This document shows, piece after piece, positions 25,255 to 39,489 of a stretch of 64,000 bases of DNA. This stretch comes from Octopus sinensis. Lineage: Eukaryota. Position 1 is the first letter of the stretch, and the number at the start of each line of letters is the position of its first letter. Below the pieces are notes generated by a model. The model saw only the letters and a program-made list of their open reading frames with translations, made no database searches and was not told the origin of the DNA. The position numbers and the translations under genes are program-made. Location of the stretch: assembly GCF_006345805.1 (NCBI RefSeq), contig NC_043015.1, positions 26,040,001 through 26,104,000 on the forward strand, written 5' to 3'.

Positions 25255-25645
25255 TGCCAGACAAACATCTCAAGTCGTATACATTATTATTATTGGGAAA
25301 AATTCAGTCTTACAGCTGTTTCTTTTTCTTTCCTATCGTGTAGAGTTAAGTCCATAGATTTACACGGGATTACACCTAAGGACTTACAGACTTACGTCTA
25401 CACGATAGGGAATCTGAAACTGTTCACTTTTATGCTTCTTTTTTCTTCTCTTTCCTAATCTCCTTATTTCTTTTCTCCTCTCCTCTATGTCGTCATTTTA
25501 TTAATCGATACCCTTCTCATGTTCCCTATTTGTCTCCGGCGACGGATTATCCCATACTCTGGGATATCCCAGGAACAGCTGTACGGCATTGAATTTTCCC
25601 AGTAATAATAATAATGTATATGAATTGAAATTTTTGTCTTGCCTT
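25255..25645. mobile_element. diverged PLE fold-back with degenerate HHR (25532-25587, +) and internal hairpin 25330-25413
   Basis: Arms about 25255-25322 / 25572-25645 share GAAACAGCTGTA..GAATTTT(T)CCCA; GTCT-CCGGCGA-..GGAT..ATCC-..GGAAC-AGCT-GTA. Confidence 0.55.
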
Positions 25646-25813
25646 AACGCTTGTTGTCCTCTTTAGCAATTATATATCAACCATATCGGAATTTTACAAA
25701 GGCTCCATAACTACTGTCTCGGCTATAACCTTGGAGCCTTGGTAAGCCGTTACAGCACTTACATAGCGTATCTATACGTTTACATCACCTGTGAACTAAA
25801 AGCCCATATCTTG

Positions 25814-25855
<42 letters not shown>

Positions 25856-26198
25856 TTTACTGAAATCAATTGAGAAGTCCACATATAACATCCAAAGGAA
25901 CATTTTTTCTTTGATAAATTATACTCATGTCACATATATGTAAATTTAATGTACAAATTTGTAATCAAATTATTGTGTATTAATTAAAACGGCTGTAAGA
26001 AGCGCAGATGACTAATTTGATGATACTAAACAATTAGTTACCTTATCTCCGTTTTCTTTTCTTTTAAATTATATAAATATATATATTTGGAAGAGGATGC
26101 GTGGCGTTCAAACATATTATAATATAAATAATATATATATATGCATATATACATACGGATATGGACACACGTACATCTATACGTACATATATATGTGT

Positions 26199-26578
26199 GG
26201 AGGCGCAATGGCCCAGTGGTTAGGGCAGCGGACTCGCGGTCGTTGGATCGCGGTTTCGATTCCCAGACCAGGCGTTGTGAGTGTTTATTGAGCGAAAAAC
26301 ACCTAAAGCTCCACGAACCTCCGGCAGGGATGGTGGTGATCCCTGCTGTACTCTTTCACCACAACTTTCTCTCACTCTTACTTCCTGTTTCTATTGTACC
26401 TGTATTTCAAAGGGCCGGCCTTGTCACTCTCTGTGTCACGCTGAATATCCCCGAGAACTACGCTAAGGGTACACGTGTCTGTGGAGTGCTCAGCCACTTA
26501 CACGTTAATTTCACGAGAAGACTGTTCCGTAGATCGGATCAACCGGAATTCTCGTCGTCGTAACCGACGGAGTGCTTC
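26199..26578 (+). mobile_element. tRNA-derived SINE family C
   Basis: Head GGAGGCGCAATGGCCCAGTGGTTAGGGCAGCGGACTCGCGGTCG..GGTTTCGATTCCC followed by about 300 bp of non-tRNA body. Confidence 0.75.
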
Positions 26579-27509
26579 CATATATATGTGTGTGTGCATA
26601 CGTGGGTAGAGGACGTCAAGAAACGTGCACAACAAAATATACGAAGTACGAGTACATGGAATATGAACTATTCTTTCGAACTAAGAAAGACACAAATGGA
26701 AAACAAGACAAACAACACAAAGAACTACCCTTCATCAGTTGTTGGCTGTTTTTTACTCTCGTATTTCGAACGCATATTTATATACTTATAGATGTAAATA
26801 TGTACATATATGTATGTATATTTGCATATATATGTATATATATATATATATATTATTTATATTTTATATATATACACACACATATACATATACTTATACT
26901 CACACACACACTCTCACATATTATACCATCATCTACATATAAGGCAGATAGTATTTGTGTCACTGCTAACTATGACAAAATTATGAAAATCTCACATACA
27001 ACTCATTCTAGAAACACAGCAAGAAAATGTTTTATAGAAAAACAAAGTAAGTCTATAATCTCTGATATGTTGATTGAAATGGAGGATTAGGAAAAGTCGA
27101 AGAGAATATTACCTAAGGCATGTATGTATTTCACGTGATGATAATATATCTCGAACAGATGTGAAGAAAATATGGAAATATAAAATCCTTGAAAGATATA
27201 TATATGTACATCATTTTTGTATTGAAAGCCAAAAGCTTTACACATTATAAAATGCGCCATAGTAATATAAAAAAAAACGTAAGCACACAGTTATCAATGT
27301 AAAACACAGGACCTAGGCAAACGCATAAAATATCTAAAATAGCATGACTAAGCAGTGTGCACATACATATTAGCTTCATTTTAATTAAAGAAGTAAAACC
27401 AAATCTAAAACATTGCTTGTATTCAGAGAGCATGTCTGCTGCTGTTCAACAATGAAATATCAATGAAATATTACTGAAAATAATAATAATAACGTTTTAT
27501 TTCTAATTT

Positions 27510-27980
27510 AGCAGTAAGACCTGTAATTTCGAGGAAGGGAGAAGTATAATACATGGACGCCAGTGATCAACTGCTAATAATATTATCGATCTCGAAAAGT
27601 AATGTCTATCTCGGTGAAATATGAAATCGGTGTAAAGGCGGACGGAATGCTGCTCAGCATTTCTTCCGGCGTGCTAACGATTCTGACAAATGGCCATCAT
27701 AAAAATTATGATAATAATTTCAAAATTTGGCACAAATTGAAATCAAGTGGATAAGTCGATTACATCAACCCCAGTGCTTAACTTGTACTTATTTTATCGA
27801 CACCTTACGGGGTCGATAAAATAATTACAAGTTAAATGTACAAGAAAGTAAATGAATGTAAAATAAGTACAAGAAAGATAAAAGCAACTTCAGTGGAATT
27901 GGAACCAAGAGCGTAAAGACGGACGAAATGCCGATAGGCATTTTGTGAGAGCAGCTAACAATTTTACCCGCTCGCCGCCT
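27510..27980 (-). mobile_element. cluster of 2-3 degenerate SINE-A copies
   Basis: Reverse-complement matches to the SINE-A head and body. Confidence 0.55.
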
Positions 27981-28009
27981 AAAAACAAATAATAATTATA
28001 ATATTAATA

Positions 28010-29740
28010 AGGCTTTCAACAGTATATCATATTCATGCATCTTGAAATCGCTGGACATCTTCAAAATTTCACCTGTAATTTCAAACTTGCTGAAGCATAA
28101 TATATCAATGTGGAATATGAATCTTCATCTACATCACTCTACTGGACTACTATCTTCAAACAATATTATAATCAACTGTTGCATTTTCCAAGGAGACTTA
28201 CATTCGCCTCTAATTTTTGCATGGCCCTAGTACCCCTTACAAGTGACCATAACAGAACAGGGTATAGGTTTTAAATTGTGGAAGACTGGCTGACTTAAGA
28301 CTCTGTGGCAAAGACAATAATGAGCTTCAAGGCCTCTTACGTACTTAAAACTATAGCAAAACAATGATGAACTTAAAGGTCTCTTACGTACTGTGAAAGC
28401 ATTCATTGATGTTATTGGGATGGAGTTTGATCTTGATAAGTGTGCCAGAACCACTTTACAGAAAAGGAAATTGATAAAATGAAATTCAGTCGTGTTTGGT
28501 TTTGACACAGTTATAAAAATACTTGAGCAGCAACAAACCCATAAATACCTAGGAATAAATGAAGGATCTGCCATTGAGCATGAAAGGATTAAAGAAAAGA
28601 TCTTGGAGGAATGTTATAGGAGAGTAACGAAATATGAACAAAATGCACATAACAAAGGTGTTAGCCATAAATTCCTTGTTAGTTCCTGTTGTTACTTATA
28701 GCTTCATTGTGTTGAAGCGATATAAAAGCATCTGAATGAAACATTCGTAAGTTGATGACTGGCAATAAGACGCAGCAGCCAAAGGCAGACGCAGATCGTC
28801 TTTACCTTCGCAGGGCCCAATGGGGTGGACCTAAAGTATTTGTTCTGCAACGATGAAATTGAAACCGTGGATTATGTCGGCATTATAAAATCAAAACAGC
28901 TGACAAATGTGGTAATGGAGGCAAGGAAATTCTTCGTTGTTGCAAACAAAGTAAAGATGGTAAGATACGACTAAAGAATGAAGGGATACCAGTAGAATAG
29001 GTTATTAAGAGTAGAGCAGAAGAGATTCTACAAAGAACTAAATGGGTGTACAGATGAAAAGGTGATACCAGATAACATTGAAAGTCAAAGGTTTTGAGGT
29101 TACATCTGGAGCAAAGACAAGGAGCACAAGATGGATACTGAATTGTTGCAAGAACTGAAACAAATAGTAGTCAGTCCACAACAGGCAAAACTAGTCATTT
29201 CAGTTAGGGAAGTGAAGGAAACCATAAAAAAATGGGCAATTGGAAGGCTCCGGTACCAGGTGGAGTTCAAAGGATTTGGTGAATGCCATGTCCAAATAGC
29301 TGCACAACTCAACACCTTGTTAAATACCGACCAAGCAACACCAGAGTCGTTGACAATGGGCAGGACAATGCTGTGCTTGAAAAACATCGAAAACGAAAAG
29401 TCGATAGACATGACAGGTTAGCTTGGGAGTTTAAGCAGTTGTGGTCACTGCAAAAGTTGGTAGGAGTACCAATAATTGTCGGAACCCTGGGAACAGTGAG
29501 TAAAAATGTTGAAAAGTTCATTGAATAAATAGGAGCTGCAATAAGGGTGGATCATTTGCCGAAAACTGCACTGCTTCGAACCGCTTGATTACTCCGTTTG
29601 GTGTTCGAAAAATAAGGAGTTATACCTTTGTAGATTGGTAAGGAACAGCTCACTCGGTAGCACATCTCCAGGTTTAGAATCTGTGTAAATACAACAACAA
29701 CAACAACAACAATAATAATAATAATAATATTAATAATAAC
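28010..29740 (+). mobile_element. heavily decayed R4/Dong-type LINE with (CAA)/(TAA) tail
   Basis: IFQGDLHSPL, KYLGINE, GVPIIVGTLGTV...LPKTALLRTA motifs; tail at about 29690-29740. Confidence 0.75.
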
Positions 29741-32626
29741 TATGTGTAATTCAGACTCAAATCCGGCAATGTTGAAAGGAGTTCTGGGATCGAGGAAATT
29801 GGTGTCAGGATTTAACTAAATCCTTATTTCATCCACTCCTAAGTGTTCAATGGTGAAGTTGGCCTACATTGCCTCTAGTACTATACTGAGATTGTTTTCT
29901 TCAACGGCAAAAATATGGAAAGGAAATAAACATACTTAGAAGTGTGTCTCTCTTTGTGTACGGTAGGGTCACCATCGGGATTATTTATGTATTCATAATA
30001 TACATATACTGTATGTGTGCCAGCGCCTTGTACTTCCTCATCTTCTGCCAACCCTTCCGTCCGATAAATATCACTGGCTCTTCCTTGCCACCCTTGGCGT
30101 GAACAGTCACCTCAGGCACTAGCACCCTCCGTACCCATCAGGACAAAGACGTTCAGTCACGCACTGCAGATTAATTACTTGGGCATGAGTTAAGCCGACG
30201 ACGACGTCGATCTGATTTTATGTGTGCATGTGTAAACGGGAGCGTATGTGTCTATCAAAAAGGACGACAGCTAACTGGGTTCAGTCATAGAGAATCTCTC
30301 CCATAACAACTTGCATGGGCACACAACTATAACTAAGTGCCCTCTCCTTCTCCCATATCTCCTATCCATTCACCCAGTCATTACTTTCTCTTGCTGACCG
30401 TTCAGTGGAGGCCAGTCATTTCCGCTATCACCTCTCTCTATAAGTTCTAGTTGAAAGACTGAAGACCTCTTGATTTTGACCAACGCAGTATTTTTCCATC
30501 ATAGCCACAGGATATAAATGCTTGCTTGAAATGACGATGGCGATACGAATTTTATCCCTGATATGTTTGACAGACAGATTTCTCCTGCACCCAATAACAG
30601 ATCTGTGACACATACCTACTCTTGTCAGTGATGTTCAGATTCTGGAAGAGTATTCAGTCCTCTGGAATATCTGGTTTGCAGCACTGTTATATACGTTTTG
30701 TTTATCCGAAAGTGTTACAAACCTTCCACAGCATTGCCAAGAAATAAGATTTTGAATGTTGTTAATGCTATGAACCAACTTTTTCGGTTGGATTCATCCA
30801 CATGTAAGTATTTTTTAGGATAATGGCACCAGTGCTTGCCAATAATCTTCAATAGAATGCAGTAACTGATGTTTCACCTGCTACATTGCCCATCACATCG
30901 GTTCTAGTCTAAATTGACTAATTCGAGATAAATGTAGCTAACGACCGTAATGATAATACTTTACACTTGTCAGCTGATATAACACAATCTTAAGCAGTTG
31001 ATACTTTCCAAACTTACGCGCATCTTTTCTTCTAACGGTTTCCTCCATATCGTTCCTTTTCAGTTTGCATCGAGGATACAATTGAGGTTCCCACTAGTGG
31101 TACTAAGTGAATCGTTCTAAAGAATGCTTTCCAGGTCTTGGGACGTGTAATTCTCGGTCGAGAGGTTGGGCATATATAAATGAATCATAATCTGAAGACA
31201 TCATTGTGTCATTGTTACACCCAGAGCTACTGTTCTATTATTCAAGAGTCCAGGAAGAAAATCATGAGCCAGATACGGTATAAAACTTGACCGTTACAAA
31301 AGTACATTGTTATTCTTTCCGAGGAGGGGACAATCAAACGAAGCATAAATCTCGTAGACATCACGAGTGAGCGTATGTGCGACCGTGCTTGCCTGTGTGC
31401 GTGCATATCTGTAACCTCGTTTGTAATTAGAGTTTCATAATCTATTCTGAAATGTATGGAAAAGTTCAACAAGTGTTTATTTTCTAAGCTAGCCGCTTTA
31501 TTTTAGGAAAACGTGTTCATATGGAGGAGCAGAAAACATAACGTGCGAAATTCAACGGACCTAATACAAATAAACGGAAACTTGAGTTTCCCAGATTTCA
31601 AAATATTCCTATCTCAAACCTTTTCAGTTGTTTTATAAAGGAAAGGTGACTTGAGCTTTAATTGCTTCCTGTATAAACCTAAGACAACAACACTCGAACT
31701 ATATGAAAATCAGTTGATTTTTATATCGTTGGGATATAAATCTCTAACACTCAACACAACGTTACTATTTCTTTTGCCTTTTTCTTTTTATAATCTGCGT
31801 GAAATGATTGTGTCTACCGAGTTCTGTATAGTCAGGAATGATTAATTGTTTAAAGCTCAATGGTGTGTACTTCTTTCGAAGATATTTATTATGTCTATGG
31901 GGAAGAATTGTACAAAATCACGAAAGACTAGTTGATTTTATGTGATGCTCAACGTTTTTCATTCACTCATTTCCCTAGTCCTTATTCATTTATATATTTA
32001 TTTACTGCTTTATTTATAGTTTTAGTGTATTAATGCATTCAGCGTTCGTTGCAGTGTCTTTGGAGATATTAGAATAGAGAAATAAATCAATTATAATTGC
32101 GTTATAATGCAATGCAGTTTAATTTGGTTTGAGCAACAAATCTGCGATCCTCTTTAATAAAGACCCCTTGGTAAAAATGACAAGAAACCACGTGAAAGCT
32201 TGGATAATGAGAAGAAAATTAATTAAAATAACGAAAGAAAAGACCACCATCTAACATCATCCAATGTTACGAAGATTCAGAAATGTTTAGGAAATTCATA
32301 CACTGCAGGAAATAATACACAGCAATAGGAAAATTACGATTATCATTTAGAATTAGTTGAGAGTTAGCTGAGGTTGTACGCGGTCATTTATTATCATTAT
32401 TGTCATCATCATCCTACCCTCTCCTCCTCCTCATCATCATCACCATCAACATCATCATCATATTATTATTATTATTGTCATTTACTTTTAATCTGCATGT
32501 TTGATGCAATCACTTGCCGGGACACACCCAGCGCCCTAGGGCAAGTGAAGGTTAAGAGTTGTTGAAATATAACTGAAAGCTTGGGGAGGGGAAGTAGAGA
32601 AATATCACCATGTAATACAACACAAA

Positions 32627-32627
<1 letters not shown>

Positions 32628-32684
<57 letters not shown>

Positions 32685-32712
32685 GTTGTTGTTGTTGTTG
32701 TTATTATTAATA

Positions 32713-32760
<48 letters not shown>

Positions 32761-33787
32761 TATGTTTGACTTTTGCTTTACATTTGTACAATTTGGCTCC
32801 AAGTCTCACCCAGAGACCTCAAGAGACAACAGGTTGGAAGTTCATGTTGTTGTTATGCCTAGTGTGCCATATATTTGGTTTTTTATTAAGTGTTGTACTA
32901 GTAAATTATGTTTGTCTTAAAACTTGAGATTACATAGAAAATATTTTGCGTAGGATATGAGCAGTTCCCATGAGCACTATCTTTTGAATTTCTGCCATTT
33001 TGGGGTTTCCTAGTATCTGATTTAGGTAGCAATCAGCCCCTTTCCCTATCATTCCCAGGGCACCTATGACAACAGGTATTGTTTTAGTCTTCAGGTTCCA
33101 CATTTTGCTGATTTCTATTTCAAGATCTTTATATTTGCTCAGGTCTTGACAGATACATTTATATCGATTGGGACAGTCATATCAATGAGGAGGCATGTTC
33201 TTTGTCTGGAGTCTTTCAATATGATGTCTGGCCTATTTGCATCTATCTTTCTGTCAGTTTGAATGGTGAGGTTACAGAGGAGTGTGATGTGGTCATTTTC
33301 AAGCACTGGACGTGGATTGTGTTCCCACCAGTTTTTTTCATGGGGCAAATCCAGGTTTTTGCAAATTACCCAGTGAATATATTGTGCAGCTCTATCATGC
33401 CTGTTGAGATACTCTGTAGGCGCTAGAAGACTGCACTTGGAGACAATATGATCAATGGTTTCATTTTGTTGTCGACATACACGACACGTTGGGCTACTGC
33501 CGTTCTTTAATATGTTGGCCAGGTAGTTCCTTGTTGGTAGGCATTGATCTTGAGCTGCTATGATAAACTCTTCTGTTTCAGATTTCAAGCCATTGATGGG
33601 TCTGGGCTTTGTCAACATCTGCATTATTCGCTCTCTTTGGGTATTTGCCATAGAGAGGTTTTTCTTGCCATTTGTCATTCGGAATAGCTAAGGTATCAGT
33701 TTTAGCACAGGTTTTCATGCGCTTAGCTTTTTCTGTGCTTGTTTCTTGTATGTCTATCTCTAATTCCGAAATTTGTTGTATTCGGAA

Positions 33788-33826
<39 letters not shown>

Positions 33827-33833
33827 TTATTAT

Positions 33834-33838
<5 letters not shown>
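32628..33838 (-). mobile_element. R4/Dong LINE 3' portion (CCHC knuckle + restriction-like endonuclease) embedded in (TAA)n
   Basis: ORF 33139-33678: CRVC...ETIDHIVSKC, RHD, NRPDIILKD...LLIDMTVP; (TTA)n on both flanks. Confidence 0.9.
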
Positions 33839-33873
<35 letters not shown>

Positions 33874-33874
<1 letters not shown>

Positions 33875-34790
33875 TAAGGTGGTAAGCTGGCAGAATGGTT
33901 AGCACGCCGAACGAAATGCTTAGTGGCATTTCTTCCGTCTGAACGTTCTGAGTTGAAATTCCGCCGAGGTCGACTTGGCCCTTCATCTCGTTGGAGTCAA
34001 TAAAATAAGTACCAGTAGAGCACTGGGGGTGATGTAATCGACTACCCCGCTCCCGCTAAATTTCGGGCCTTGTGACTATAGTAGAAAGGATTATTATTAT
34101 TGTTATTTTTAAGTCGGAGAATTGGTAGAATAATTTGCACGCTGGAGAATATGCGTAGCGGCATTTCACCTGTCTTTACATTCTGAGTTCAAATTCCATC
34201 CAGATCAACTTTGCCTTTCATCATTCGGGGTTGATGAAATAAAAACCAGTCAAGCGCTGGGATGGATGTAATAGATTATTCCCCCTCCCCCACCAAACCA
34301 AATTTCAGGCATTGTGCCTATACTAGAATGGCTAGTTATTGTTATTATTCTTTCCTACTCTAGGCACAAGGCCCGAAACTTTTGAGGAGGCGACCTGACG
34401 ATTCGATCGACCTCAGTGCGCAACTGGTACTGAATTTATCGACCCCGAAAGTATGAAAGGTAAAGTCGACCTCAGAACGTAAAGACAGACGAAACACCAC
34501 TAAGCATTCCCCACCGCCGCCGTGCTAACATTTCTCTCAGCTCACCGCCTTAATTAATGTTATTACTATCTGCGAGCTGGCAGAATGGTTAGCACGGTGG
34601 CGGTGGGGAATGCTTAGCGTCGTTTTCTCTGTCTTTACGTTGTGTGTTCGTATTCCATCGAGGTTGAATTTACATTTCATCCTTTAGGGGTCAATAGAAG
34701 AAGTACCAGTTGTGCACTTGGGTCGATGTAATTGATTTACTCTCTTCCTCGAAATTGCTAGCATTGTGCCAAAATTTGAAACCCTTATTA
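33874..34790. mobile_element. four adjacent SINE-A copies (+ 33874-34100, + 34108-34335, - 34345-34552, + 34570-34790)
   Basis: Each carries the SINE-A head and body; separated by short ATT-rich tails. Confidence 0.8.
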
Positions 34791-35210
34791 CTAGCGTTAT
34801 TGCTTTTAACTTCATGATTATCATTATTATATTATATTATTTGTTTTATTATTATATTATTTTTATGTGATTATTATATCATTGATTTTTTGTATTGTCG
34901 TTGTTGTAGTTATTGTTATAATTATTGTTGTAGAAATTGCTATTATTATGCACACGCCAGCATATGTTGCCTTTACGTTGTGTTATTATTGAACTGAGAA
35001 GAGGAAAACAAAATCAAATATTTGTTTTATATCATTATTGAGGTCTTGTGATTGTGTTGCCTTCTCTGCATGGCATGTATGCAAGAAAATTGGTTATTAT
35101 CCTCGATGGCATCACCATCTTCAGCAACAGCAGCGGCAGCATCATCGTCATTGCTGTCGTCGTCATCGTTATCTCAATCACCATAGTTATCGAAATGAAA
35201 ATGTTTATAT

Positions 35211-35265
<55 letters not shown>

Positions 35266-35493
35266 GTAATAATAATGAGGAGGAAGAGAAGAAGGAGGAG
35301 GAGGATGAAAATAAAATATATCTATGCGTGTGCTGTTTTTAGTTGTATAAACATAGATAGATTGATAGATAGATATATAGAAAGATAGATAGATAGAAGC
35401 ATGCATACATACATACATACATACATACATACATACATACATACATACATAAAAACATAGAAATCCATGTGTACGTGAATTCCAAGAAAAGAC

Positions 35494-35850
35494 GCAGGCG
35501 TGGCTGCGTGGTAAGAAGTTTACTTCACAACCAGATAGTTCAAGATTTAATCCCACAACGTGTCAACTTGATAAAGTGCCTTCTGCTGTAGCTTACTAAA
35601 CCTTGTGAGTGGCTTTGGTAGCCGTGTGTGTGTTTGTTTGATTGTTTGTTTGTGTGTGCCTGTTTGGGCTTATATTCATCACCACTACCACCTGACAACC
35701 GGTATTGGTTTGTTTATGTCCTTTTTGTGGTTCAGTGAAAGGAGACGATGGAATAAGTGCTAGATTGAGAAAATAGGTCTTAGAATCGATTCGTTCGGTT
35801 GAAGCCCTTGGCGGTGGTGCCCGCAGTACGCGCTCACTGCATTGACAGAA
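35494..35850 (+). mobile_element. degenerate SINE-B
   Basis: GCAGGCGTGGCTGCGTGGTAAG head; GGCGGTGGTGCCCGCAG 3' part. Confidence 0.7.
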
Positions 35851-35976
35851 ACAACTAAGTCAATAAAATATATACGTTCGAACATACATACAGACTTACA
35901 TGCATGCCTGTATACACAAACATACATAAACACAAGCGTATATATGTATATGCATATGCATACATATATGCATACA

Positions 35977-36022
<46 letters not shown>

Positions 36023-37009
36023 GTGTGTGTGCAATCGAATACTTATCACAGATACATGACAAAAGTTGTTCTTGTGCACCATTCTACATTCCTAATCCGA
36101 TGACGAATAATTTTGTTTTTTATAAACATTGCTCAAACAACTGAAAAATGGTCTGAAATGCCGATGGAACGACTTTTATTTACTGTATATAGCTCTCTTA
36201 ACTGGATGCACATGTGTTTCTGGTTGATATACATCAGTAAAACTTCCAGATATTGCTTCTTCAACAATAGTTCGTAGATGATTTTGTTGGGTGTATAATC
36301 ACTCGGTGAAAGAACATTGGGGACTTATATAAAAAAAATTAGAGATTATCTCTATGGTGACACTCGTTTTAAATTTTCTTTTTAATTTGTTGCAAAATTG
36401 AAATCAATTTTTAAAAAAACATTTAAAGCAACTTAAGAAATCTAGCAAAGCGTTTTGAATACCAGCAAGATTGGTGCAACAATAAAATCAGTCTTACTAG
36501 TTATTGCACACATTTTCAGAAAAGTATTATCTGTTTGGAGCACTTGTGATTTAACAGACAACTAAATACTCTGGTGCATTTGTCATCTCCAGTTCATATC
36601 AACTGCCCATATTCTGAAGAATTTTCTCTCCATCTAATATATACATGCCTTAGATCTCTGGTTGTGAACCGACCACACAACGAGGCTGGCTGCAAATTAC
36701 CTCCAACTGCTCAGTTACTCTGCATGGTGGTGCAGAACAGTTTCGTTGCTCTAAGCATGTCGAGTAGGTGCAAAGGTCGACTGATGGAAGGATACGAGTG
36801 CCTCGAAACGTTACGTATGTTTTTCATTGTTGTTTTCTTTTTTCATTCAGTCCTGTAATCTAATGAAAAGAATGAACTATTAAGAAAGCACTTGAGAACT
36901 GCTCTCACACACATATGAATGCTAGAGCCGTGAAATGTGGCGTGCATTCATTTCAAACCTTCTTATTAAGAACTGTATTGTTTCTCTCCAGACAACGGAC
37001 TATTCAATA

Positions 37010-38125
37010 AGACTTCAAATGCAATAAGTAGATATTTCTCTTGAAACGGGACGCAATTTGTCATCGGGGTGTCATCAAGCATAGGCGAAATAAAAGGATT
37101 TAGACCCCAAGGAGTTCATGTTGACATGCTTGCTACATGAGAGAGTTGATGCTCTAGCTTTATTAGCAATGTAAGAGGGAGCAACCGAATTTATGGAGGG
37201 AAAGGAGAATCTCGAAGATGGCTCAAGGCCTGGACGTCCTGCAACAGCCACCATTGAGGAAGAAATTGATGGTTTTCAATGCATGTAAATGGATGATAGG
37301 TGATTTATTATAAATCAAATAGTCAATACTATTATTATGTCTTGTGAGAATGTTGAGAATATTCTGCACACTTAACTTGGCATGATGAGTGGGTGCCATG
37401 TTTTCTGACACGTGATCAAAAGTGCACCAGGTCGATCACATCATAGAAAAATCTGACATTGTTTCAGGCAGGTCCATCTGGTTTCCTTACACGTTTCCTA
37501 AGCGAGAATGAGTGTTGGCTTCAGCATTTTGAGTCAAAGCCAAAAAGACAATCCATATAGTGGAAACACTCCTCACCTGCTCCCAAGAAGACCAAAGTCA
37601 TTCCATCTGATGGGAAGATGATGGCTTCAGTATTTTTCGGATGCAAAAGGCATTGTGATTATTGATTATCTTCATAATGGGCACACCTTCAATTGGAGAG
37701 TACTATGCGAAATTGCTGAGGCATTTGCAAAGCTCGAACAAAGCCAAACGCTCAGTACAACTGACGAAAAGGGTGACTTGTATCATCAGGACAATGTTCC
37801 AGCACACACGTCCTTCGTTGGCAATTGTGTGCGACTGTAACTCTGAACTGGATCATCAACCGCCCTATTCTCCTGATTTGGCTCCATCTGACTATCATAT
37901 GTTCCTCAACATGAAAAACACTTGGGTGGAAATCTCTGTCGCAGTGACGATGACGTCATATTTGCTGTTAATGACTATTTGATCAACTGGATGATAGCTT
38001 CTTCACCAATGGGATCCACGTACTGCAACATCGATAGAAGTGTATGGGCCATAAGGGGGACTATGTAGAAAAATAAGCCTCATTCCATGAGAATCTCATG
38101 GTCAGACTATTAACTTTTCCGCCAA
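37010..38125 (+). mobile_element. mariner-family transposase relic
   Basis: ENLEDG.RPGRPATA, PKKTKV..S.GK.MASVF, HQDNVPAH (shifted frame), HQPPYSPDLAPSDYHMF. Confidence 0.85.
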
Positions 38126-38512
38126 ATCGCCTACATATGTTACAACGCATTTCTAGACATTTTCATCTTCCTACGAACTCGTCCATAATAATCCTTCCTT
38201 TTTCTATTTGCACAATCAAGCATCTTTTCTTTGTAGTCAGTGACTTTCATAGCGAATGTGTAGTCAAATGTCGAAGAGAACGAGTTAGTTGTAATAGGGT
38301 GGCACTGATGGGAAATGCTTGCTGGGGGGCCTTTGCTAACATGTTTTAACCTCATCATATATATCTGTGTATGCATGTGGGCATGTATATGTATATATGT
38401 ATGTGAGTTTAAGTATGTATGTATGTGGGTATACTGGGTTGAGTCATGAATAATTTGCGATTTTGTTAAACACGTTTACTCATGAAATTTTTTTTTTATT
38501 ATTTTTTGTTTA

Positions 38513-39481
38513 CTCTGGTCAACAACGAAGATGCTTCTGAAACCAGAGTAGCAATTTCCAACTAATTTTAGGTCGCTGATAATGAATATCATGGTTAAAA
38601 GTGTTTGTTAGCTCTACTTTTCAAGATACAAGTACGTGTCACAAGAGGTTCCAACAGCAATATATTTCTTATCACACTCACAGTCCCACTGCCCTTCACT
38701 ATTGTTCCAGCAGTCATAGGAGGCGGTTGTGCTGAGGTGAAACGTAAGTGATTTTCCAAGTCAAACACTTTTAAAACTTATAATAAATATTCATTGAGTG
38801 AGCTATTAATATGTATGTGAGGCATTTTATATTAATTCTATTTTCCTGCTGAATGATATAAATAATTCTGCTAAGCTGCCATGCTCTGTATTACAATGAT
38901 GAATTTAAGAATGAATTTTCTATTTATCTTCTAATTGTCTTTTTTTTCTGCTTTCAGATGTCTCCCCTTTGGTGAATAAAGCAGGCAACTTCTGCTACAT
39001 TTGTGATGAGGTGGCCTTTGCATTACACAAGCGCCGTATAACTGCTATTGTTAGAAAGGCGTATCAACTATATTTTGGATGCAAGACTGGCGACCAGGAT
39101 AGACCTTTTTCCGGCGAATTGTAGGGCAGTTAATGAAAGATTTCACCAACGATATTTCAACCATGGAAAAGTGGTACCAGAGTAAATAGCGTATAACAAT
39201 GCTTGCAAACAATAGCTGGACACTGGCAAGAGGTGATTCTTCAGCTCACCCTACGTGTCAAGCAAAACGGCAGAGAGTAGATACGGATTAGAGATTAAAA
39301 CATAATGACACATCTTGTACGTTATAATAAAATCAAACAAATATTACATGTCGTGTGTGTTTATGCCCATAGCTAGGATGTATCTTTCCAGGTGATATTT
39401 GGATTCATGACATGAAAAAACATAAGACTTAACTAATCTCATTTAAGAAGCACAAAACTTTTCTAAAATGGTTGACCAGTG
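38513..39481 (+). mobile_element. internally deleted Chapaev3-like (CMC) DNA transposon
   Basis: N-terminal NKAGNFCYICDEV...KAYQLYFGCKTGDQDRP joined to C-terminal RFH.DISTMEKWYQ...MLANNSWTLAR. Imperfect terminal inverted repeat CTCTGGTCAACAA / TGGTTGACCAGTG. Family name from memory. Confidence 0.6.
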
Positions 39482-39489
39482 CTTTCAGT

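Noticed and set aside
26199-26275. tRNA gene
   Set aside because: The tRNA-like head runs into a ~300-bp repeat body with no acceptor-stem closure or oligo-T terminator; it is a SINE.
30480-31300. Possible ancient RTE RT relic (TFHSIARNKIL-like)
   Set aside because: Only faint motif resemblance across many stops; needs a profile search.
36775-36820. CTGATGGAAGG...CCTCGAAACGTTACGTA hammerhead-like string
   Set aside because: A9 is altered and stem I does not pair in either register.
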